In this document: in pieces, positions 16,073-24,318 of the stretch
Layout of the letters: the number at the start of each line of letters is the position of its first letter
Position numbering within the stretch: the first letter of the stretch is position 1
Assembly: GCF_000179635.2 (NCBI RefSeq)
Contig: NC_014833.1
Span: 60,001-92,000 of the forward strand
Direction: 5' to 3'
Source of the DNA: Ruminococcus albus 7 = DSM 20455
GTDB taxonomy: Bacteria > Bacillota > Clostridia > Oscillospirales > Ruminococcaceae
Length of the DNA: 32,000 bases
The notes under the pieces: model-generated
Databases searched by the model: none
What the model was told of the DNA's origin: nothing
Seen by the model: only the letters and a program-made list of their open reading frames with translations
Made by a program: the position numbers and the translations under genes

Positions 16073-16908
16073 ACGCTGCTCACCTCCGTTATCTTGCGGT
16101 AGATAGCAGGCTTCTGTTTTACATAGGGGATGTCATCGGGTGCTGATTCTGCGTGCCCTATGTAGAGATATCCTCCGTCCTCGGTGGCATCGTAGAAGCG
16201 TTTGCATAGCTGTGACTTTGTTTCATCGTCAAAATATATCATAACGTTGCGGCAGAGGATAAGGTCAAACTTTTTTTTGAAGTTGATCTCCTCCATCAGG
16301 TTGTGATATTTGTATACGACGTTCCTGCGTATACATTCCTTGACCTGATAAAGACTGTGTGATGTCTTGTCAAAGTACTTTGTACGCCATTCTTCGGGAA
16401 GGGCTTCAATAGCTTTTTCGGTGTATATCCCCCTTGCAGCCTGCCTTAATGCGTTGAATGAAATGTCGGTCGCGAGTATCTTCAGATCCCAGTTTGAACG
16501 TTCGGGACCGAAATACTCGTCAAGGCACATGGCAAGATTGTAAGGCTCGTTGCCATAGGAACAGCCTGCTGACCATATCCTGAGATCGTGATCCTTTATA
16601 GTCTTTTCTGCTTCGGGGAGGAATACCTCGCGCAGATGATCGAAATGATCGGATTCACGCATGAAATAGGTGTGGTTGGTAGTAAGCTTGTTTATCAGGT
16701 TTGCGACTTCCCTGCCTGAGGTATCATCAAACACGGTCTCAAGATATTCGCTGAAGCTGCTGAAACCGCAGTCTGCGATGTGATTGGCAAGGCGCGATTG
16801 TACAAGGAACTGCTTTCCTTCGAGGTCAATGCCGTAGCCTGATTTGACGAAATGTACAAGTCTTGCAAAATCATATTCGTTTATACCTGAATCGACGTAT
16901 ACTGACAC
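16069..16908 (-). CDS. cheR: CheR-type chemotaxis protein methyltransferase
   Basis: NHTYFMRE, the SAM-binding IWSAGCSYGNEPYNLAM, and ILCRNVMIYFD are present. It has a GTG start with GGAGG 9 nt upstream. Confidence 0.85.
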   Translation of the reverse strand: MSVYVDSGINEYDFARLVHFVKSGYGIDLEGKQFLVQSRLANHIADCGFSSFSEYLETVFDDTSGREVANLINKLTTNHTYFMRESDHFDHLREVFLPEAEKTIKDHDLRIWSAGCSYGNEPYNLAMCLDEYFGPERSNWDLKILATDISFNALRQAARGIYTEKAIEALPEEWRTKYFDKTSHSLYQVKECIRRNVVYKYHNLMEEINFKKKFDLILCRNVMIYFDDETKSQLCKRFYDATEDGGYLYIGHAESAPDDIPYVKQKPAIYRKITEVSSV

Positions 16909-16956
16909 AGCAGCAGACCTCCTTCCATGTGGAAAACGCGGTGTTCTATACAGTTG

Positions 16957-16985
16957 ATTATACCATATTTTTCTGATATTTTCAA
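16957..16985 (-). promoter_or_regulatory. Sigma-A type promoter of cheR-cheB-cheW
   Basis: On the minus strand: TTGAAA (16980-16985), a 17-nt spacer, and TATAAT (16957-16962). Confidence 0.6.
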
Positions 16986-17180
16986 GAGGTTTTGTGTTTT
17001 TGGTACAATTGTTATAATCTGTGTGTTGTGATATCGGTGCGCTCGATAGAATGCCGATCTATGGTATGCATGAAAAATCAGTTCTATTTTAAAAGATTTT
17101 ATATACATCAGACAATGGCGGAGGTGTGATGAGATATCTTGATTGTGCATAGTGATAAAGTGAACGTAAAATTATATAAT

Positions 17181-17213
17181 GTCATTGACAAATTATTTAA
17201 ACGGTGCTATACT
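17181..17213 (+). promoter_or_regulatory. Promoter of the RHH-domain gene with an overlapping 9-bp palindrome
   Basis: TTGACA (17185-17190), a 17-nt spacer, and TATACT (17208-17213). The palindrome GTCATTGAC (17181-17189) overlaps the -35 box. Confidence 0.65.
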
Positions 17214-17236
17214 ATAATCATCAGGAAAGGGGTGAG

Positions 17237-17896
17237 ATGATGAATAAGAGCGTGTATAGTCTGGTGCTGGCGGATGAAGTGGTAGAAGCTATCGACCGTA
17301 TGGCATATTCGATGAATACCAGCAGATCAAATCTGATAAACCAGATACTGGCAGAACGTGTAAGTCTTATGACTCCCGAGATGCGTATGAGGAAAATTTT
17401 CAGCGAGATCGAACAGCTTATGGATCAGCGCTTTATGTTTATCGATCAGCCCTCGGATCATATGGTAGCCATAAAAAGTCCTGTGCGGTACAAGTACCGT
17501 CCCACACTGAGGTACAGCCTTGAACTCAGCAGAGATATGCAGGGCAAGGTGGGACGGCTGAAGGTCTCTTTCAGGACAAAGAGCGAACAGCTGACAGCCG
17601 CGGCAGATGATTTCTTCAGGGTGTGGAAGCGTGCTGAGGACAAATATCTTGCAAAGGTATTCCCCGAGGGGGTACCTGCACAGGCTGAAAACGGCAGGTA
17701 TACAAGAGATCTGTATTCGCCCATAGCCGAGCGTCTTTCAGATGAAGAGATAGCAGGTGCGGTGGCAGGGTATATAAGACTCATGGACGGCTGTATACAG
17801 ACCTATTTTGACGGGCTTACCGAGGGGCGAGATCGCTCGGCTGAGATAGGCGCGGAATATGGGGCTTATGTGAAGACGGTCACGGCGGTGATATAG
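17237..17896 (+). CDS. Ribbon-helix-helix (CopG/Arc-like) domain protein with a C-terminal extension of about 170 aa and unknown function
   Basis: The N-terminus SVYSLVLADEVVEAIDRMAYSMNTSRSNLINQILAERV fits a beta-strand/helix/helix RHH pattern. I do not recognise the rest. The start is at ATG 17237 or 17240, after AAAGGGG. The track start at 17204 is a GTG inside the promoter. Confidence 0.65.
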   Translation: MMNKSVYSLVLADEVVEAIDRMAYSMNTSRSNLINQILAERVSLMTPEMRMRKIFSEIEQLMDQRFMFIDQPSDHMVAIKSPVRYKYRPTLRYSLELSRDMQGKVGRLKVSFRTKSEQLTAAADDFFRVWKRAEDKYLAKVFPEGVPAQAENGRYTRDLYSPIAERLSDEEIAGAVAGYIRLMDGCIQTYFDGLTEGRDRSAEIGAEYGAYVKTVTAVI

Positions 17897-17941
17897 GACG
17901 GTGGAACATAAGAAAGAAGAATTAAAGAGAGGAGACCAACA

Positions 17942-18478
17942 ATGAGTGTTAAAAAGAAAATCTACTATGCACTTTGCTTTGGCTGTTTTATTTGTGGTAT
18001 AATTTTATGTTATTTTTCTAAGATCAATGGTAAAGAGATGCAAAATAGACTTATAATGGCTACCATTTTTGTCACGACATCATATTTTATGTTTCCTTTT
18101 ATAAGTAATGAAAAAAAGGATAGAATTCTTATTTCATTCTGTATAAATGTGTCAGTATTTTTGTTTTCTTTAGCTGTTGGAATTAAATCACTTACTTACT
18201 TGTTTAATAATGATACATCAAATTGGATTATTGATCTTTTTGCTGCATTAGGAATTTTGTTGATGGCATCTGATTTGGCATATATTATAATATCTTTTAT
18301 TGCTTCGTTCTATTCTATTGTTTCAGGTGTAATAGGAAAGATCGTACAATCCAATGTTAAAGGAAAATATATGACATTAAAAAAAGTAATTACAGCTTCT
18401 ACTGCTTTACTCGCAACAGTAACAACATCGTTGGCTGGTTTTTTCGCATTAATAAAATCAGCAAAGAGTATTATGTAA
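17942..18478 (+). CDS. AT-rich small integral membrane protein, unknown function
   Basis: The 178-aa product has 4-5 hydrophobic segments. A strong RBS (GAGAGGAG) is present. The composition is about 30% G+C by hand count of the first 60 nt (18/60), against 26/60 for the start of clpB. Confidence 0.6.
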   Translation: MSVKKKIYYALCFGCFICGIILCYFSKINGKEMQNRLIMATIFVTTSYFMFPFISNEKKDRILISFCINVSVFLFSLAVGIKSLTYLFNNDTSNWIIDLFAALGILLMASDLAYIIISFIASFYSIVSGVIGKIVQSNVKGKYMTLKKVITASTALLATVTTSLAGFFALIKSAKSIM

Positions 18479-18508
18479 ATCAAGTTTTTATATAAAGGAG
18501 GACAAACA

Positions 18509-21133
18509 ATGAATATGCAGAAATTTACCGAGAAATCGGTGCAGGCTGTACAGGATGCGCAGAATATCGCGGCAAGGCAGTCAAATCAGGCGATAGGACA
18601 GGAACATCTGCTGAGCGCACTGTGCCTTGATGATAACGGTCTGATACCCCAGCTTCTCACACAGATGAGCACGGATATCAACGCTTTCCGCGGCGCACTG
18701 GACAGGGCTGTTGATAAGATACCGAAAGTCACCGTGGGCGGACGCGCACAGGGTCAGATATATATTTCCAGCGAACTTGACCGCGCACTTGCCGAGGCAG
18801 AAGCACAGGCAAAGCAGATGGGCGATGAGTTCGTATCCGTTGAGCATATATTCTTAGGTATAATGGAATGTGCAAACAGCGAAGTCGCAGAGGTACTGCG
18901 TACCTTCGGCATAAACAAGACAGGTTTCCTTGCGGCGCTGAAACAGGTGAGAGGAAGCGCAAAGGTCACAAGCCAGAACCCCGAGGAGACTTATGATGTA
19001 CTGAAAAAGTACGGTCAGGAGCTGGTAGGTCTTGCAAGACAGAACAAGCTCGACCCCGTTATCGGCAGAGATTCCGAGATAAGAAACGTTATCCGCATAC
19101 TCTCCCGTAAGACAAAGAACAACCCTGTGCTGATAGGCGAACCCGGCGTAGGTAAAACAGCCGTTGCCGAGGGTCTTGCACAGCGTATCGTCAGCGGTGA
19201 TGTGCCCGACAGCCTGAAAGACAGACAGATATTCTCGCTTGATATGGGCTCGCTGATAGCAGGTGCAAAGTTCCGCGGCGAGTTTGAAGAGAGATTCAAA
19301 GCCGTTGTAAGCGAAATAAAGAAATCCGAGGGCAAGATAATACTGTTCATCGATGAACTTCACACCATCGTGGGCGCAGGAAAGTCCGACGGCGCTATGG
19401 ATGCAGGAAATCTGCTGAAGCCTATGCTGGCAAGGGGCGAACTGCACTGCATCGGTGCCACCACCCTCAACGAGTACAGACAGTACATCGAAAAGGATAA
19501 AGCCCTTGAAAGACGTTTCCAGCCCGTTATGGTAGATGAACCCAGCGTTGAGGATACAATATCCATACTCCGCGGCATAAAGGAGAGATATGAGGTATTC
19601 CACGGCGTTAAGATACAGGATCAGGCGCTGATAACAGCGGCTGTGCTTTCCGACAGATACCTGACAGACAGATTCCTGCCCGATAAGGCTATCGACCTTG
19701 TGGACGAAGCCTGCGCACTTATCCGCACAGAGATGGACTCCATGCCCACCGAACTGGATGACCTGAGAAGAAAGATACTCCAGCACGAGATCGAGGAAAC
19801 TGTGCTTAAAAAGGAAAGCGACAAGCTTGCCGAGGAACATCTGGCAGAAGTTCAGAAAGAACTTGCCGATATGAGAGCGCAGTACGACGAGATGCGTGCT
19901 AAGTGGGAAAACGAAAAGAACGCTATCTCCAAGGTGCAGAAGATACGCGAGGAGATAGATGCTGTAAACGGCGAGATAAAGCAGGCAGAGCGCGACTATG
20001 ACCTCTCAAAGCTGGCAGAACTGAAATACGGCAAGCTGGAAAATCTGCAAAAGGAACTGGCAGAGGAAGAAAAGAAAGCAGAGCAGTCCTCAAAGAGCAA
20101 TACCCTGCTTAGAGATAAAGTCACCGATGACGAGATAGCGCGTATTATATGCCGCTGGACAGGCATACCCGTTGCAAAGCTTATGGAGGGCGAGCGCGAC
20201 AAGCTGTTAAGGCTTGAAAGCATACTCCATGAAAGAGTTATCGGACAGAACGAAGCTGTTGAAAAAGTCAGCGAAGCTATACTCCGTTCAAGGGCAGGTA
20301 TCGCAAATCCCAACACACCTATCGGTTCGTTCCTGTTCTTAGGACCTACGGGTGTGGGCAAGACCGAACTTGCAAAGACCCTTGCACAGGCACTGTTCGA
20401 TGACGAGAACAATATCGTCCGTATAGATATGTCGGAGTATATGGAGAAATTCAGCGTAACAAGGCTGATAGGAGCGCCTCCCGGATACGTGGGATATGAA
20501 GAAGGCGGTCAGCTGACTGAGGCTGTACGCAGAAAGCCTTACTCCGTTGTACTGCTGGACGAAGTCGAGAAAGCTCACCCCGATGTGTTCAATATACTCC
20601 TGCAGGTGCTCGATGACGGCAGAGTTACCGATTCACAGGGCAGAACGGTAGATTTCAAGAACACCGTTATCATACTGACCTCAAACCTGGGCTCACATTT
20701 CATACTTGAGGGCATCGACGAGGAAACAGGAGATATCAGCGAGGAAGCAAGGGACAATGTCAACGACCTGCTGAAAACTCATTTCCGTCCCGAATTCCTG
20801 AACCGTCTTGACGAGATAGTAATGTACAAACCTCTGCTGAAGAGCGAGATATACAGCATCTGCGGACTGATGCTGAAGAGCCTTGAAAAACGTCTTGCTG
20901 AAAAGCGCCTGAAAATGGAGCTTACCGAATCTGCAAAAGCGGCGATAGTCGATCAGGGCTACAATATGGCATTCGGCGCAAGACCCCTGAGAAGATTTAT
21001 CCAGAGCCATGTGGAAACTCTGCTGGCAAAGGCAATAATCAGGGACGACCCTGCCGCTGACAGCCTGATGAAAGTCGATTATGACGGAAATGATTTCTCC
21101 GTTGAAACGATAGCACCCGAGATAAAAGAATAA
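18509..21133 (+). CDS. clpB: ATP-dependent chaperone/disaggregase ClpB
   Basis: It has two AAA+ modules (GEPGVGKTA and GPTGVGKTE) and a long coiled-coil middle domain between them. The length of 874 aa is typical of ClpB. An AAAGGAGG RBS is present. Confidence 0.95.
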   Translation: MNMQKFTEKSVQAVQDAQNIAARQSNQAIGQEHLLSALCLDDNGLIPQLLTQMSTDINAFRGALDRAVDKIPKVTVGGRAQGQIYISSELDRALAEAEAQAKQMGDEFVSVEHIFLGIMECANSEVAEVLRTFGINKTGFLAALKQVRGSAKVTSQNPEETYDVLKKYGQELVGLARQNKLDPVIGRDSEIRNVIRILSRKTKNNPVLIGEPGVGKTAVAEGLAQRIVSGDVPDSLKDRQIFSLDMGSLIAGAKFRGEFEERFKAVVSEIKKSEGKIILFIDELHTIVGAGKSDGAMDAGNLLKPMLARGELHCIGATTLNEYRQYIEKDKALERRFQPVMVDEPSVEDTISILRGIKERYEVFHGVKIQDQALITAAVLSDRYLTDRFLPDKAIDLVDEACALIRTEMDSMPTELDDLRRKILQHEIEETVLKKESDKLAEEHLAEVQKELADMRAQYDEMRAKWENEKNAISKVQKIREEIDAVNGEIKQAERDYDLSKLAELKYGKLENLQKELAEEEKKAEQSSKSNTLLRDKVTDDEIARIICRWTGIPVAKLMEGERDKLLRLESILHERVIGQNEAVEKVSEAILRSRAGIANPNTPIGSFLFLGPTGVGKTELAKTLAQALFDDENNIVRIDMSEYMEKFSVTRLIGAPPGYVGYEEGGQLTEAVRRKPYSVVLLDEVEKAHPDVFNILLQVLDDGRVTDSQGRTVDFKNTVIILTSNLGSHFILEGIDEETGDISEEARDNVNDLLKTHFRPEFLNRLDEIVMYKPLLKSEIYSICGLMLKSLEKRLAEKRLKMELTESAKAAIVDQGYNMAFGARPLRRFIQSHVETLLAKAIIRDDPAADSLMKVDYDGNDFSVETIAPEIKE

Positions 21134-21144
21134 GTTATTTATAC

Positions 21145-21178
21145 TGAGGACAGCCGCAAAAGACTGTCCTCATTTTTT
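21145..21178 (+). terminator. Rho-independent terminator of clpB
   Basis: TGAGGACAG (21145-21153) pairs with CTGTCCTCA (21164-21172). TTTTTT follows. Confidence 0.8.
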
Positions 21179-21198
21179 GCGCGATATGTTACTGCCTA

Positions 21199-21228
21199 TT
21201 GACATTAGGTGCGATACTGTGCTATACT
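21199..21228 (+). promoter_or_regulatory. Promoter of the DHHW-family gene
   Basis: TTGACA (21199-21204), an 18-nt spacer, and an extended -10 TGcTATACT (21220-21228). Confidence 0.6.
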
Positions 21229-21268
21229 GGTTTTTGTCATGAATATGTTTTTTAGGAGCGTGTTATAG

Positions 21269-22453
21269 ATGAAAATTAAACTTTTTGCCGCCTGTGCTGC
21301 AGTGACTATTGCGATATCGGGCTGCGGTAATGTCATCGGGAAGAACAATTCTGTAGTTCCTCCTGCACCAAAGAATACAGAAGCAGTTACCACCCCTGAG
21401 GAGGATTCGGCGGATACATCTGAGGTGCCTGTGGATTCTTCGTCACCCGAAACGACCACCACAAAAGCCGATAAAAAAGCCACAACGACAAAAGCTCCGA
21501 AAACTACCACTTCTGCTGTTACCACCACGGCAGCCCCGGAGGTCGGCAGCTATGAGTATTTTAACGGCTGTATACTCGCCAATTCGGGAACTCCGCAGGT
21601 GCGTGCCATGGAGGAGTATTACTACAGCAGTGAAAACGGAAGATATCTGGCGGACTGCGTTGATGTTTTCGCTGACAGCGCAGGAAATGATATAAACACC
21701 TACCTGATGATGATACCCACCTCACAGGAATTCTATACCCCCGATGACCTCCGCAGCAGCTATCCCGATCAGAAGACCTGTGCGGATGATGTGTATTCCA
21801 TGATGACCTCGGGCAAGGGTGTGGCTGTTAATTCCATACTGGAGGAGCATAAATCGGAATACCTGTATTCCCGTACAGACTACCACTGGCAGCCGCTGGC
21901 GGCGTACTATGCCTCAAAGGTGTTCGCTGAAAAGGCAGGGGTGGATTTTGCAGATCTCAGCAGCTATGAAAAGGTTGAGCGCGAGGGTTATCTCGGTGCA
22001 TTCTATACGGTGAACGGTATATATCCGCTGGAGGAGTACCCCGATACATTCACCTACTACAAGCCTGCAAACCTTGATGCGCTGACGGTGCTTTTCCACG
22101 ATACATATTTCGGTGAGGGTGTGCCGAGTTCGCTGTTTTTTGAGAATAACGACATCTCCGCAAGCTACACCGTATTTGTTGGTACTGATGATACTATACT
22201 CGAAGTCGATACCGATACCGACAATGACAGAGTGCTGGTCATATTCAAGGACAGCTACGGCAACGCACTGGTGCCATTCCTGACCTCGTCATTCTCAAAG
22301 ATATACCTTTGTGATAACAGGTTCTTCAATATCAACTCTGTTGATTTTGTAAAAGAAGTCGGTGCAACGGATGTGCTTTTTGCCCTGGGCGCGGCATCAT
22401 CAGGCAGCTACGATAAGATATCTCTTATCGAATCAAATATGGCACAGTCGTAA
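21269..22453 (+). CDS. DHHW-family lipoprotein (AlgJ/AlgX-like SGNH-type putative O-acetyltransferase)
   Basis: The lipobox is AISGCGN and a Thr/Pro-rich linker follows. The family motifs are YSRTDYHWQP (DxHW) and VIFKDSYGNALVPFL. Confidence 0.75.
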   Translation: MKIKLFAACAAVTIAISGCGNVIGKNNSVVPPAPKNTEAVTTPEEDSADTSEVPVDSSSPETTTTKADKKATTTKAPKTTTSAVTTTAAPEVGSYEYFNGCILANSGTPQVRAMEEYYYSSENGRYLADCVDVFADSAGNDINTYLMMIPTSQEFYTPDDLRSSYPDQKTCADDVYSMMTSGKGVAVNSILEEHKSEYLYSRTDYHWQPLAAYYASKVFAEKAGVDFADLSSYEKVEREGYLGAFYTVNGIYPLEEYPDTFTYYKPANLDALTVLFHDTYFGEGVPSSLFFENNDISASYTVFVGTDDTILEVDTDTDNDRVLVIFKDSYGNALVPFLTSSFSKIYLCDNRFFNINSVDFVKEVGATDVLFALGAASSGSYDKISLIESNMAQS

Positions 22454-22721
22454 GGCTGGTACTTATACAGAAGTTTTATGCTATCTATTGGGGAAAACCC
22501 TTTGGTTTCCGAAAACTTCTATTTCTTCTGGGCAGGGGGTAGCTATGTTTGCAAACATGGCTACCCCCTGCCTTTTTCTGTCTTTATAAAAAAATCTACC
22601 CCGCCCCAAAGAGTTAAAAGTCTACAAAGGCAAAGCCTTTACAGACGGATTCGTGGGATAACTTTTCTTCAGAAAAGTTTCCCCCGATAAATAATATAAA
22701 CTTCCGTATGGGTACCCGCCT
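22453..22721. repeat. Nested-palindrome MITE-like intergenic element, copy B
   Basis: The termini 22453-22473 and the reverse complement of 22701-22721 match 17/21 and resemble the copy A termini (core GGTAC-TATA-AGA). Shared internal blocks are AAACTTCTATTTCT, GGCAGGGG...CCCCTGCC, AGAGTTAAAAGT, and GGGATAAC-TTTTC...GAAAAGTTTCCC. Confidence 0.7.
22531..22580 (+). terminator. Strong rho-independent terminator of the DHHW gene, embedded in element copy B
   Basis: GGCAGGGGGTAGCTATGTTTG (22531-22551) pairs with CAAACATGGCTACCCCCTGCC (22552-22572), giving 21 bp with one mismatch. TTTTTCTGTCTTT follows. Confidence 0.75.
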
Positions 22722-22731
22722 GACGGTGGTG

Positions 22732-22759
22732 CACAAAAAGGGGCTGTTGCAGCCCCTTT
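22732..22759 (-). terminator. Terminator of the AT-rich lipoprotein gene
   Basis: The minus-strand RNA reads AAAGGGGCTG-CAA-CAGCCCCTTT followed by TTGTG. This is a 10-bp stem at 22737-22759. Confidence 0.65.
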
Positions 22760-22772
22760 AATCATACTATCA

Positions 22773-24158
22773 TCAGTTCTCTTTTCTCGTTGTTTTTACG
22801 CTTTTGGCAAATTCATAAAACCAACTATCTGCGCTTTCAAGCTCCTCATCGGATATACTCTCCTTACCGTTGCATGGCGCAACAACAAATGAAAAAATAG
22901 TATCCACAAAATTTTCATCCAAACAGTGAACTTGTATTCTTGAATAGCTTCCTCTAGTCTTATCATCAATACCATCTGCAGTGTTATCTCTGAATATAAT
23001 AACTGCTCTATTACCGTCTTTTTTAACAGAATAAGTAAGTAGTTCAGGCGCTTTCTGGTCTAATGGATTATTTTCTTTTACTATTTCTTCACTATATTTT
23101 CTAAGATTATCGTCTGTGTATTCTTTTAGGTCAAGCTCTGCCACAATAGTATTTATAAATCTGTTTTTGTGTATTGCATATTTCTGACCATTATCCTCAT
23201 ATACGTAAGCAAAACAATTGAAAATGTCGCCCATATACGCTGGAAGTTCGTAGTGTATATCAAAACTGTGATCACTCCCAGGATACATATATTTATCTGG
23301 GAAACTGAAATTATCATCGGGTTTCGGAAAGTCATCCAATGAATTGATAGTATATCCCGCCGCCATAATTAAATATTCGTCATCAAAGTTGATATGCGAA
23401 ACTGTTTTTGTTTTAGGATCTATACTGACCTCGTAAGAATATCCAAAACTGCTATAAGCACCATCCTTGAAATAGCTGTATGGTTGACTCATAGAAGCAT
23501 CTTCACCTGTTTTTTGGGGAACAACGTAGGTATCCGTTACCATATCCCTCAAGTATACAAGTTTTTCTGCTTCTTCGATATCAGGTTCACCCCAAAGCCT
23601 GCGAATCTCTTCTATTGGCATACCTGCTTTCACACCCTTGGGAAATACCACATTTTTTGTGTTACACAATACCATAACATTACAATCCGATAAAAACTGC
23701 TTCTCTTCTTCCGTTGTTACATTGAAGTAAAAGCTTGTTTTAACACCATCAATGGTAACATTGTAAATACTTGGTTCTGCTATGATCGTTGTGGGATCTT
23801 GACCTTGGCTTATTCCAGCCAGCTGATTCTCATCCAGTTCCACACCATCCATATCAAACAGCTCCTTAGCCGTCATGGGAAGCCTTATCACCTTTTCACC
23901 CACCTGAAATACATCAGTATACATTTCCGCATTCAGTACTTCATCAGCTATCTTTGTCTCAGAATCGATTTCATTCTCCGCGGTAGTGTCATTATTTTGA
24001 TTTTCTTCATTTCCACTTTTTTCGACTTCTGTTGTATCATTAGTAATTTTACTGGACTGTGTAACGATTTTACTTTCGTTATCTGCATTTCCGCAGCCTG
24101 TGATACAGCCACAGATACATACAGCTGTTATGAGCAATAATAATGCTTTTGTTTTCAT
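22773..24158 (-). CDS. AT-rich lipoprotein of unknown function
   Basis: MKTKALLLLITAVCICGCITGCGN is a signal peptide with a lipobox. The start is at the ATG at 24158, with GGAGG 6 nt upstream; the track start at 24266 is an unsupported extension. Hand counts give about 35% G+C (21/60 at 23281-23340), against 29/60 in the neighbouring gpmI. Confidence 0.7.
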   Translation of the reverse strand: MKTKALLLLITAVCICGCITGCGNADNESKIVTQSSKITNDTTEVEKSGNEENQNNDTTAENEIDSETKIADEVLNAEMYTDVFQVGEKVIRLPMTAKELFDMDGVELDENQLAGISQGQDPTTIIAEPSIYNVTIDGVKTSFYFNVTTEEEKQFLSDCNVMVLCNTKNVVFPKGVKAGMPIEEIRRLWGEPDIEEAEKLVYLRDMVTDTYVVPQKTGEDASMSQPYSYFKDGAYSSFGYSYEVSIDPKTKTVSHINFDDEYLIMAAGYTINSLDDFPKPDDNFSFPDKYMYPGSDHSFDIHYELPAYMGDIFNCFAYVYEDNGQKYAIHKNRFINTIVAELDLKEYTDDNLRKYSEEIVKENNPLDQKAPELLTYSVKKDGNRAVIIFRDNTADGIDDKTRGSYSRIQVHCLDENFVDTIFSFVVAPCNGKESISDEELESADSWFYEFAKSVKTTRKEN

Positions 24159-24256
24159 AAAATCCTCCATAACAAAAAAGTATTTAGTTTTGTCGCAATA
24201 TCTATTATAACCGTATCGACAAATAATGTCAATATATTGGTTAGATAAATTTTGAA

Positions 24257-24291
24257 TAAAAAACAAAGAGCTGTTACGCGCGCAACAGCTC
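24257..24291 (-). terminator. Terminator of gpmI
   Basis: GAGCTGTT (24268-24275) pairs with AACAGCTC (24284-24291). On the minus-strand RNA, TTTGTTTTTT follows. Confidence 0.6.
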
Positions 24292-24318
24292 CTTATGTGA
24301 TCGATAATTTATCGTTTA

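Noticed and set aside
18854-19840. A 328-aa minus-strand ORF, and several shorter ones (18581-18969, 19015-20763), inside clpB.
   Set aside because: They are antisense to a clearly genuine clpB. They have no motifs and no ribosome-binding sites.
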